NCBI GenBank assembly: GCA_963713725.1
Contig: CAVQMZ010000015.1
Coordinates: 269,027-333,026, forward strand
DNA: 64,000 nucleotides
From: an uncultured Bacteroidota bacterium
Lineage (GTDB): Bacteria; Bacteroidota; Bacteroidia; Bacteroidales; GCA-2748055
Direction of reading: 5' to 3'
Part shown: piece after piece, positions 17,113 to 24,507 of the stretch
How positions within the stretch are numbered: position 1 is the stretch's first letter
Layout of the letters: each line of letters starts with the position of its first letter
Notes under the pieces: model-generated
Database searches by the model: none
What the model saw: only the letters and a program-made list of their open reading frames with translations
What the model was told of the DNA's origin: nothing
Made by a program: the position numbers and the translations under genes

Positions 17113-17113
17113 A

Positions 17114-17404
17114 ATGGAAACTAAAAGTTGGAAAGATATTAAGGATTCTGTCTATGGCAAACCAGGTACAGAAAGGAGAGATCAGTTGGACAGAGACCTT
17201 GAATCTGTAAAAATAGGGCTCCTTCTTCGAAAAGCCAGAGAAGAAAAGAACTTAACTCAAGCTCAATTGGCAGACCTCGTAGACAAGAAAAGGACATACA
17301 TCTCAAGAGTGGAGAATAACGGTAGTAATCTTACTCTTAAAACGTTATATGACATAGTTGAAAAGGGCTTAGGAGGAAAGGTGAATATTTCAATTGATAT
17401 TTAA
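17114..17404 (+). CDS. XRE-family antitoxin (second copy)
   Basis: The protein is identical to that of 5874-6164, with three synonymous differences. The start is taken at METKSW. Confidence 0.8.
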   Translation: METKSWKDIKDSVYGKPGTERRDQLDRDLESVKIGLLLRKAREEKNLTQAQLADLVDKKRTYISRVENNGSNLTLKTLYDIVEKGLGGKVNISIDI

Positions 17405-17410
17405 TAGTAC

Positions 17411-17503
17411 GTGCGCTGTGTAAATTCCATATTGCCTGTCACGCGGAAAAAAGCAAAAGTCGCACCAGGTGTACAGTATTTGCAATATACGTCGTTAGCA
17501 CAC
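17411..17503 (+). other. attC8 (short; the inverse core lacks AAC)
   Basis: GTGCGCT-gtgtaaattccatattgcctgtcacgcgg...gtatttgcaatatacgtc-GTTAGCACAC. Confidence 0.6.
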
Positions 17504-17524
17504 ATAACAAAAACCAGATGTAAC

Positions 17525-17570
17525 TTGACTCTCGTATTAATTGTACGTATATTTGTACTATATTATGTAC
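17525..17570 (+). promoter_or_regulatory. yefM-yoeB type promoter and operator
   Basis: TTG (17525-17527), 20 nt spacer, TATATTTG (17548-17555). Three TGTAC motifs lie at 17542, 17554 and 17566, exactly 12 bp apart. Confidence 0.5.
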
Positions 17571-17586
17571 GAAATAATTAAAACTA

Positions 17587-17841
17587 ATGATAACAGCATC
17601 AATATCTGATTTCCGGAAAGATATCAAGCGATATCTTGACAATGTGACTAAGAATTTTGAAACGCTAATTATCAATCGAGGGAAGGATAATGGCGTAGTT
17701 GTGATTTCCTTGGACGAATACAATTCATTAACTGCCACTCAACATGAGCTTTCTTCAAAAGCAAATGAGCAGAGATTAGATTCTGCCATTGAGAAACTTC
17801 AATCTGGCAGGTCTTTCGAGAAGAAAATTAACGAGGAATGA
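17587..17841 (+). CDS. yefM: Phd/YefM-family antitoxin
   Basis: 84 aa. ISDFRKDIKRYLDNVTKNFETLIINRGKDNGVVVISLDEYNSL. It overlaps the toxin gene by 4 nt (ATGA). Confidence 0.85.
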   Translation: MITASISDFRKDIKRYLDNVTKNFETLIINRGKDNGVVVISLDEYNSLTATQHELSSKANEQRLDSAIEKLQSGRSFEKKINEE

Positions 17842-18095
17842 AATTAATATTCGTTGACGAGTCTTGGGAGGATTATCTGTATTGGCAAAAGACCGATAAA
17901 AAGATGATGAAAAAGATCAACGAATTGATCAAGGACATCTCACGGAATCCATTTCACGGTATAGGCAAACCAGAGCCTCTTAAATTCAAATATAAAGGTT
18001 ATTGGTCTCGAAGAATAGATCAGGAACATCGACTTATCTATCGAGTCTCAGAAGATGAGATTTGGATTGCTAAATGCAGGCATCACTATGATTAA
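17838..18095 (+). CDS. yoeB: YoeB/Txe-family toxin
   Basis: 85 aa. SWEDYLYWQKTDKKMMKKINELIKDISRNPFHGIGKPEPLKFKYKGYWSRRIDQEHRLIYRV...CRHHY. Confidence 0.9.
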   Translation: MKLIFVDESWEDYLYWQKTDKKMMKKINELIKDISRNPFHGIGKPEPLKFKYKGYWSRRIDQEHRLIYRVSEDEIWIAKCRHHYD

Positions 18096-18104
18096 AAAAG
18101 TTAC

Positions 18105-18203
18105 GTGTGCTAATAATAGGTATATTCCATTTACTATGTCATGCTTTTTGTCACAAAAAGCATGACATTAGCGAACGTTAGCATACCCCGACCGTTATGC
18201 TGC
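18105..18203 (+). other. attC9
   Basis: GTGTGCTAAT-aataggtatattccatttactatgtcatgctttttgtcacaaaaagcatgacattagcgaacgttagcataccccgacc-GTTATGCTGC. Confidence 0.75.
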
Positions 18204-18209
18204 ATAAGG

Positions 18210-18240
18210 TTGACATTTATAAAAGTTATACTTACCTTTG
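18210..18240 (+). promoter_or_regulatory. higBA cassette promoter candidate
   Basis: TTG (18210-18212), 20 nt spacer, TACCTTTG (18233-18240). The ATG is at 18265. Confidence 0.45.
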
Positions 18241-18264
18241 ACGTTAGTATCGTAAAGCGTTATT

Positions 18265-18549
18265 ATGATTAGGTCGTTTGGATCGAAAGAAACCGAGAAA
18301 ATCTGGAATGGGATTAGATCTAACAAGATCCCCCCTGAAATTCAAAAGGCAGGTCGACGGAAGCTTAGAATGATCAACAATTCAATTGACATTAATGATC
18401 TAAGAATACCACCCTCTAACCGGCTTGAAAAGCTTAAAGGAGATCTTAAAAACTTTCATAGTGTAAGAATAAATGGTCAATGGAGGATCATATTTAAGTG
18501 GGAAGCCGGTCACGCACAAGAAGTTGAAATTGCTGATTATCATACATAA
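18265..18549 (+). CDS. higB: HigB-type toxin (plasmid maintenance system killer family)
   Basis: 94 aa. IRSFGSKETEKIWNG...LRMINNSIDINDLRIPPSNRLEKLKGDLKNFHSVRINGQWRIIFKW. Confidence 0.85.
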   Translation: MIRSFGSKETEKIWNGIRSNKIPPEIQKAGRRKLRMINNSIDINDLRIPPSNRLEKLKGDLKNFHSVRINGQWRIIFKWEAGHAQEVEIADYHT

Positions 18550-18555
18550 GTGAAA

Positions 18556-18855
18556 ATGGAAAAGCTAGATAACATTCATCCGGGTGAGGTGCTAAAAGAG
18601 GAATTCATGATACCACTGGATATTACGGCGTATCGCCTGTCTAAAGACCTGAGGATTCCTCAAACTCGTATTAGTGAGATCTTGAAAGGCCGCAGACGTA
18701 TTTCGGCTGATACAGCATTAAGATTGAGCAAGTACTTTGGAAATTCTGCCAAATTCTGGTTAGGACTTCAGGACGACTATGATCTTGAAGAAGAGCTTAC
18801 TGCAAGGAAACGAGAATTCCAGAAGATCAAAAGAAGAAAGGATTATGCAGCATAA
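18556..18855 (+). CDS. higA: HigA-type HTH antitoxin
   Basis: IHPGEVLKEEFMIPLDITAYRLSKDLRIPQTRISEILKGRRRISADTALRLSKYFGNSAKFWLGLQ. A GTG at 18550 is an alternative start. Confidence 0.85.
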   Translation: MEKLDNIHPGEVLKEEFMIPLDITAYRLSKDLRIPQTRISEILKGRRRISADTALRLSKYFGNSAKFWLGLQDDYDLEEELTARKREFQKIKRRKDYAA

Positions 18856-18947
18856 CAATGTACATACCCCATTCTGCTTGTCATGCCTTTCGCAGAAAAG
18901 CAAAAGATCGCGCCAATTGAACAGTGTATGTAAGGTAAGTTACAAAC
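18847..18947 (+). other. attC10
   Basis: GCAGCATAAC-aatgtacataccccattctgcttgtcatgcc...cagtgtatgtaaggtaa-GTTACAAAC. It overlaps the higA stop codon. Confidence 0.6.
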
Positions 18948-19192
18948 AATGCCTCTGCAACTAGGAAAAACTAAAGCTCATTCTGAAATGACTGTAGTAA
19001 ATTAAGATTTATATGACAATTAGTATTCAAGAAATATCTGAGAAAGATAAGTAGCAAAGAATAGGCAGAGCTAATTCTTGAAAACCTGGATTAGAAGAAG
19101 ATAATTATAACTATCTATTTCCTATTGAACTTATTCAAATTTTGCATTGTTTTGATTTAAGCAATCTACATTACATAAAATTGTAAGTAAAT

Positions 19193-20305
19193 ATGATTAA
19201 AAGAAAATTAATTCGCTCACAAAATATTTTCCTATGGTTTGCTATAAGCTTACTCGGACTTTCTTTATCTGTAAAAGCGCAAGAATCAGATGATTATAAT
19301 TTAACAGATGCCTTGCAAGAAGTTTCTGAAGAAAATATTTTTCGTGATAAAGATTATTTTAATTGGGGATCTACTATCATAAAGGGGGAGGATGGTAAAT
19401 ATCATTTGTTTTATGATCAAATGCCAAGAAAACATAGTTTTTATTCTTGGTTAACTGATGGAATAGTATCAAGAGCTGTTTCTGATAGTCCAACGGGTCC
19501 ATGGAAGAAGGTCCAGGAAGTCTTAAAGGCCAGAGGTGGTAGCTTTTGGGATCAATATACAGTGCATTGCTCCAAAGCTTACAAATTTGATGGCAAATAT
19601 TACCTTTATTATATGTCTACTAATTCTGGAAACTTAGAATTAACACCAGAGCAACTTGATGAAATCCGTCATCAGCCATGGAAACATGATAACCTGAGAG
19701 GTATGATGCGATTAAACCAACGTATTGGCGTTGCAGTAGCTGATAAAATTGAAGGGCCCTGGAAACGTTTTGACAGACCCTTGTTTGAACCTCAACTTCC
19801 AATCGCAAATCAGTCAAACAATGTTACAGTTACTAAACGGCCTGAAGGTGGTTATTTGATGATTATTAGAGGGGATCAACCAGATCAACCATTTGATCAA
19901 ATTGTTCGGATGCAAGCTGTCTTACTGGCAGATCACCCGCTTGGCCCATGGAAAATGCAAGCTAAACCTGTTGTTATAAATTACAACTCGGAGGATCCAG
20001 AGGTCTGGTATGACACAGAACGTAAACGCTACTATAATTTATATCATGCGTTCGGTTATATGGGCATGATTACGTCTACTGATGGATTAAATTGGGAGCG
20101 AGCAAAACACTATAAAGTTGCAGACAAGGCATATAAAACAACAGATGGTAAGATAGTTCCAGTTCATCGTTTTGAAAGGATGGGCATATATCTGGAAAAT
20201 GGTAAACCTTTAGTAATGACGGCAGGGATTTTTACAAAAGAAGGTGGCGTTAATGATACTTATTCGTTATTTATTCCGCTTAAACAAGATAGTATAAAAA
20301 AATAA
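19193..20305 (+). CDS. Secreted beta-propeller glycoside-hydrolase-like protein (GH43/GH32-clan-like); family uncertain
   Basis: 370 aa with a signal peptide. Repeated blades of the type WGSTIIKGEDGKYHLFY, AVSDSPTGPWKK, DGKYYLYYMS and VADKIEGPWKRF. Confidence 0.5.
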   Translation: MIKRKLIRSQNIFLWFAISLLGLSLSVKAQESDDYNLTDALQEVSEENIFRDKDYFNWGSTIIKGEDGKYHLFYDQMPRKHSFYSWLTDGIVSRAVSDSPTGPWKKVQEVLKARGGSFWDQYTVHCSKAYKFDGKYYLYYMSTNSGNLELTPEQLDEIRHQPWKHDNLRGMMRLNQRIGVAVADKIEGPWKRFDRPLFEPQLPIANQSNNVTVTKRPEGGYLMIIRGDQPDQPFDQIVRMQAVLLADHPLGPWKMQAKPVVINYNSEDPEVWYDTERKRYYNLYHAFGYMGMITSTDGLNWERAKHYKVADKAYKTTDGKIVPVHRFERMGIYLENGKPLVMTAGIFTKEGGVNDTYSLFIPLKQDSIKK

Positions 20306-20343
20306 AAGCCAATGGTGAAACCATCTGAAATAAAACTAATATC

Positions 20344-21804
20344 ATGAAACTACAAAAACTGATTATTACCATATTAATCTTTATGGCAATTGTATCATGC
20401 TCTCAAAATCATAAAGAAAAAGAAGAAAAAAAACCAAATATTTTGTTTCTCAGTATCAACGACACTAATGATTTTGTTGGTTTCCTTGATGGTAGATACA
20501 AAGCTAAAACACCTAATATGGATAGGCTTGCTGAAAAAGGGATCAATTTTACCAACGCACATTGTGTTACCCCGTCTTGTGGCCCCAGCAGAAATGCACT
20601 TTTATTCGGCCAGTACCCTTTTAATTCTGGTTTGTACCGATATAACCAGGAAATGTTTGAAGTTCAGAAAGAAATCCAGAAGAGCAATCCTGAATTTATT
20701 TCCTTACCTCAGCTACTAAAAGAAAACGGGTACAGTACTTATGCTTCGGGAGAAATTCATTGTTACGACTGGACTTATACATATATGGATGGGAAAATTG
20801 AATGGACTGGTCATTATTTTCCGAAGTCGAAGAAAATGAAACCGATTGATGAGTTAGGATATAGTTCTGATAGAGACGAATCATGGAAATTTTACCCCAC
20901 AACCAACGATGATTCTGATTATGAGTCACACGATGTTATAAATTACGGTATTGAAATTCTTAAACAGGAGCATGATAGGCCATTTTTTCTGGCACTTGGC
21001 TTAACAGAAGCCCACATTCCTTTAATGACTCCAAAAAAATATTTCGACCTCTACCCTGATTTTGAATTGGGGCCTATGTATCCCAGTGATCTGGATGATA
21101 TTCCTGCTGTTGGTTTAGAACTTGCCGGTAAAGGTGGTGATTATAAACAAATTCAGAATGATGGGAAATGGGATCTGGTTATCAAATCCTATCTTGCTAC
21201 TTTGTCATTTATCGATAATCAGGTAGGGCGTATAATATCCACTCTGGAAAAGAGCAAGTACGGTAAAAATACTGTTGTTATTCTATGGTCAGACCATGGT
21301 AACCATTATGGTAGTAAGGGTAAGTTAAGCAAATTTACATTATGGGAAGATGCCACCAGGGTGCCACTTGTAATCTGGGATTTGCGTGAAAAGGAAAAGA
21401 AAGGCAGGATTTGCAGTGAAAGTACGTCACTAGTAGATTTATACCCAACCATCACTTCATTGACAGGCATAACACCTCCGGGTTACCTTGATGGCATTGA
21501 CTTGGCACCCTGGTTGGAAAATCAATCTACACCTCGTAAAATTCCTGCAATAACTGCCATGGGGAGAGGCAACTACTCGATAAGGACAAAAGATTGGCGT
21601 TACATTCATTACTTCGATGGCGGAGAAGAACTCTATAACAATACATTGGATAAGCTTGAATTGAAAAATCTTGCGGATATTGAAAAATTTTCCACTAAAA
21701 AAGAGGAGTTAAAAAAATGGTTGCCAGCTTATGAAGCTCCTTTGAATGATATGCATGCAGGATTCATGAAGTTTTTTGATGCTGACTTTGTAAATGGAAA
21801 TTAG
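20344..21804 (+). CDS. Sulfatase (formylglycine-dependent, S1 family)
   Basis: 486 aa. PNILFLSINDTND, then the CxPSR motif in TPSCGPSRNALLFG, then WSDHG. Confidence 0.85.
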   Translation: MKLQKLIITILIFMAIVSCSQNHKEKEEKKPNILFLSINDTNDFVGFLDGRYKAKTPNMDRLAEKGINFTNAHCVTPSCGPSRNALLFGQYPFNSGLYRYNQEMFEVQKEIQKSNPEFISLPQLLKENGYSTYASGEIHCYDWTYTYMDGKIEWTGHYFPKSKKMKPIDELGYSSDRDESWKFYPTTNDDSDYESHDVINYGIEILKQEHDRPFFLALGLTEAHIPLMTPKKYFDLYPDFELGPMYPSDLDDIPAVGLELAGKGGDYKQIQNDGKWDLVIKSYLATLSFIDNQVGRIISTLEKSKYGKNTVVILWSDHGNHYGSKGKLSKFTLWEDATRVPLVIWDLREKEKKGRICSESTSLVDLYPTITSLTGITPPGYLDGIDLAPWLENQSTPRKIPAITAMGRGNYSIRTKDWRYIHYFDGGEELYNNTLDKLELKNLADIEKFSTKKEELKKWLPAYEAPLNDMHAGFMKFFDADFVNGN

Positions 21805-21824
21805 TTGGATGTCTTGTTAATTAT

Positions 21825-21935
21825 GCTTACAACATTCATAATTCGAAAAAAGAATAATAGTCTAAGCTGACTGGTAATTAGCTTTTACAGCCAAACATTA
21901 GCAAACAGTATGTTTACCCGGCACCTTATTGCTGC
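21825..21935 (+). other. attC11 (degenerate)
   Basis: GCTTACAAC-attcataa ... gccaaacattagcaaacagtatgtttacccggcac-CTTATTGCTGC. The 3' arm matches the family, but the core has C in place of G. Confidence 0.45.
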
Positions 21936-22018
21936 CCTTAAGATAAACTAAATCATTCAGCATAACAATCAGATAATGAATACTTCCAATCAAAATATAG
22001 AGCAAATTGATAGCAACT

Positions 22019-22331
22019 TCAAATAAACAAATTAGACGAATACTCAGAATAGTATTTATTATTGCAAGCATTAAACGATGGTTCTGTGTTTGATGCAGGT
22101 GAACAGGAAATTTATTCGTCCATTTACGTGTACGAACATACAGGTCTGCTTTTTGGCTATCAGAGTATTGCAAAATACCACAAAGACATTGATACAGTTG
22201 TTATTCAGTTTAATAATACAACTAACTTAAATGGATATGAATGGAGCTTAGCGGAGATAATCTATAGTCGTATTGTGAGATTATTGAGAAGTAAAAAGGC
22301 TCATATTAGGGAAAAAGCATGGAAATATTAA
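22019..22331 (+). pseudogene. Internally deleted paralog of the 13297-14340 serine hydrolase
   Basis: KQIRRILRIVFIIASI (compare residues 6-21 of the intact gene) is fused at a GCAT microhomology directly to ALNDGSVFDAGEQEIYSSIYVYEH...AKYHKDIDTVVIQF (compare the C-terminal ~80 aa). Confidence 0.8.
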
Positions 22332-22337
22332 CCATAT

Positions 22338-22364
22338 GGCAATAAAGATCTTAGGTAAATGTGG
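22338..22364 (+). other. Truncated attC 5' arm marking the distal end of the array
   Basis: GGCAATAAag-atcttaggtaaatgtgg resembles the inverse core plus the aggtaaa(t/c)tcc arm of the family. I see no matching 3' arm. Confidence 0.3.
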
Positions 22365-22415
22365 TTGGTGTTATAATAAAGCGTAAATTTGAATTTTAAT
22401 TTATAAATTAATATA

Positions 22416-22607
22416 ATGGGTAACGGAACAGTAAAGTTTTTCAATGATTCTAAAGGATTTGGATTCATTACACCAGAAGATGGTAGCAAAGATGTATTTG
22501 TACATGTAAATGGACTCGTTGATGAAATCAACGAAGGGGACAAAGTAAGCTACAATGTAGAAGAAGGTCCTAAAGGATTAAATGCAACAAATGTAAAAGT
22601 TATTTAA
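22416..22607 (+). CDS. Cold-shock protein (CspA family)
   Basis: 63 aa. GTVKFFNDSKGFGFITPEDGSKDVFVHV carries the RNP1 and RNP2 motifs. Confidence 0.95.
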   Translation: MGNGTVKFFNDSKGFGFITPEDGSKDVFVHVNGLVDEINEGDKVSYNVEEGPKGLNATNVKVI

Positions 22608-22635
22608 TAAATTTCTTTTCACCGTATTTTTTAGA

Positions 22636-22668
22636 AAAAGCTTGTCATCACTGACAGGCTTTTTTTGT
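22636..22668 (+). terminator. Rho-independent terminator
   Basis: aaaaAGCTTGTCAtcacTGACAGGCTttttttg. Confidence 0.65.
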
Positions 22669-22724
22669 TGTTACTGGACAATACCAGTAAAAGCTTCGAC
22701 AGGGATTATCCCTAAAATATCTTC

Positions 22725-24398
22725 ATGATGAAATATATGCTCTTACTCTTATTCTTATCAAGCTGGGTAATTTTGGCAAGGGGGCATGCAGAAGCCCCAC
22801 CTGATCATGTAGTCATAAGCTACAAAACGAAGCTTACCCAGGTAAGTTCTGATGAAAATGGGGTCTTACACTTAAATGTATCCCCAGAAGATGTCTCCGA
22901 ATTTAAAGCCCTTGGAAGGGTTCACTATAGTGACTTTGGTGCCAAAGGCGACGGCAAAACCGATGATATGGACGCTATCGCTGCAGCCCACGCATTTGCC
23001 AATGAGCAAGGTCTTAAGGTGAAAGCCGACGCAGGGGCCTTTTACTATATTGGAGGAAAGGAACGCACAGCAGTCATCCGGACCGATACCGATTTCGGAA
23101 CGGCGTCCTTCATCATTGACGATACCGAAGTTGAAAACCTTAACGCTTCTATTTTTCTGGTCACTTCCAGCAAGCAGGCATTCATCCCTGAAGGGATCGC
23201 TTCTCTAAAAAGGAATCAGGAGAAAGTCAATGTCTCATTGCCGGCAAGCTGTCTGATCACGGTCACCGATTCAAGTATAAGGCGCTATATACGCTTTGGC
23301 TTAAACCAAAATGATGGATCTGCGCAAACAGATATCTTTGTGCTTGATAAAAACGGCAATGTGGATATGAACGCTCCGATTATCTGGGACTTCGATCGGA
23401 TTACGGAAATCACTGCTCTTCCCATTGACGAGGAAACGCTGAACATCACCGGAGGAATTTTCACCACTATCGCCAACAGGGCAGAATCGAAATACACTTA
23501 TTATAGCCGTAATATCGCAATCAGGCGTTCCCATGTTATTGTGGACGGGCTGGAACATCGCGTCACCGGCGAAGGAGATCAGGGTGCGCCCTATGGCGGC
23601 TTTATCAATATCCGCGACTGCTCCTACGTAACAGTTAAGAATACCGTACTGACCGGACACCTTACGTACCGCACCATTGGTTCGGCAGGGAAGCCGGTCT
23701 CCATGGGCTCTTATGATATTTCGGTCAACCGCGCCCTCAATATATCATTCGTGAACTGCAGCCAGACAAATGATATTAACGACAGAAGATACTGGGGAAT
23801 CCTGGGCTCCAACTATTGCAAAAATCTTCTATATGACAATTGCACGCTTTCGAGGTTCGACGCCCACATGGGGGTTGCCAATGCTACCATCCGTAACTCG
23901 ACCCTGGGACACATGGGTATAAATGCCATTGGGACCGGGGTCTTCACAGTGGAGAATTCCACCCTATACGGCAATAACCTTATTAATCTACGCAGCGATT
24001 ATGGCAGTACATGGGAGGGAGAATTTGTTATCCGCGACTGTGTTTTTGTGCCTTCAGGCGGCAGAACGACCAGTGCCAGTCTGATCGGCGGTTTCAATTC
24101 CGGGCAGCATGATTTCGGCTACACCTGTTATATGCCGGAACGGATTACAATTGAAAATCTTCGCATCGACGACTCCAATCATCCGGAGGATTATCAGGGG
24201 CCTGCAATTTTTGCAAATTTCAATTCGCAAATGACCGACGATTCATACGGGGAGAAGTTTCCCTACATCAGGACCAGGGAGGTTTTTCTTAGGAATGTAA
24301 GCACTACCAGCGGTAAGAAATTGAGGATCAGTGAAAATGCCTTCATGTTTAAGGATGTAATTGTATCTGAAAACGGGAAACCCCGAGCCTATAAATAA
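22725..24398 (+). CDS. Secreted right-handed beta-helix protein (pectate-lyase superfamily / GH28-related N-terminus)
   Basis: 557 aa with a signal peptide. The YSDFGAKGDGKTDDMDAIAAAHAFANEQG motif is typical of Pectate_lyase_3-type proteins. Confidence 0.65.
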   Translation: MMKYMLLLLFLSSWVILARGHAEAPPDHVVISYKTKLTQVSSDENGVLHLNVSPEDVSEFKALGRVHYSDFGAKGDGKTDDMDAIAAAHAFANEQGLKVKADAGAFYYIGGKERTAVIRTDTDFGTASFIIDDTEVENLNASIFLVTSSKQAFIPEGIASLKRNQEKVNVSLPASCLITVTDSSIRRYIRFGLNQNDGSAQTDIFVLDKNGNVDMNAPIIWDFDRITEITALPIDEETLNITGGIFTTIANRAESKYTYYSRNIAIRRSHVIVDGLEHRVTGEGDQGAPYGGFINIRDCSYVTVKNTVLTGHLTYRTIGSAGKPVSMGSYDISVNRALNISFVNCSQTNDINDRRYWGILGSNYCKNLLYDNCTLSRFDAHMGVANATIRNSTLGHMGINAIGTGVFTVENSTLYGNNLINLRSDYGSTWEGEFVIRDCVFVPSGGRTTSASLIGGFNSGQHDFGYTCYMPERITIENLRIDDSNHPEDYQGPAIFANFNSQMTDDSYGEKFPYIRTREVFLRNVSTTSGKKLRISENAFMFKDVIVSENGKPRAYK

Positions 24399-24507
24399 GG
24401 TCTATTTAACCATTCGGAACTTTTGACAGAGTATGACGAGATTCTTGGAGCATAGTTTTTTTTTAAAGCTCTATACTTATTTCCTTTAACCCCATTCAAA
24501 ATAGATT

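Larger units (their letters stand above)
4881..22364 (+). mobile_element. Integron-type gene-cassette array (cluster of attC sites, no IntI in window)
   Basis: There are 12-13 related imperfect palindromes, each beginning with an RYYYAAC-like motif and ending with a GTTRRRY-like motif. The core at the start of a cassette is the reverse complement of the inverse core at its end, for example 6415 GTTAGGCC / 6982 GGCCTAAC, 7071 GTTAGACGC / 7689 GCGTCTAAC, 9974 GTTATGGGCA / 13133 TGCCCATAAC, 13261 GTTATGAGC / 14333 GCTCATAAC, 18194 GTTATGCTGCATAA / 18843 TTATGCAGCATAAC. Confidence 0.8.

Noticed and set aside
20390-20719. 109-aa ORF overlapping the sulfatase gene in another frame
   Set aside because: The sulfatase frame carries the CxPSR motif and is full length. 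The overlapping ORF is Lys/Leu-rich and looks spurious.
4881-22364. Interpreting the recurring ~100-135 bp palindromic repeats as a CRISPR array
   Set aside because: The repeats are far longer than CRISPR repeats, imperfect and variable in length (93-252 bp). The intervals are 0.4-3 kb and contain complete genes. No cas genes are present.
4881-22364. Interpreting the repeats as generic REP/MITE elements
   Set aside because: MITEs and REPs would not produce the cassette-specific complementarity between the core after each GTT and the inverse core at the end of the same unit. They also would not sit precisely at ORF stops with RYYYAAC...GTTRRRY polarity.
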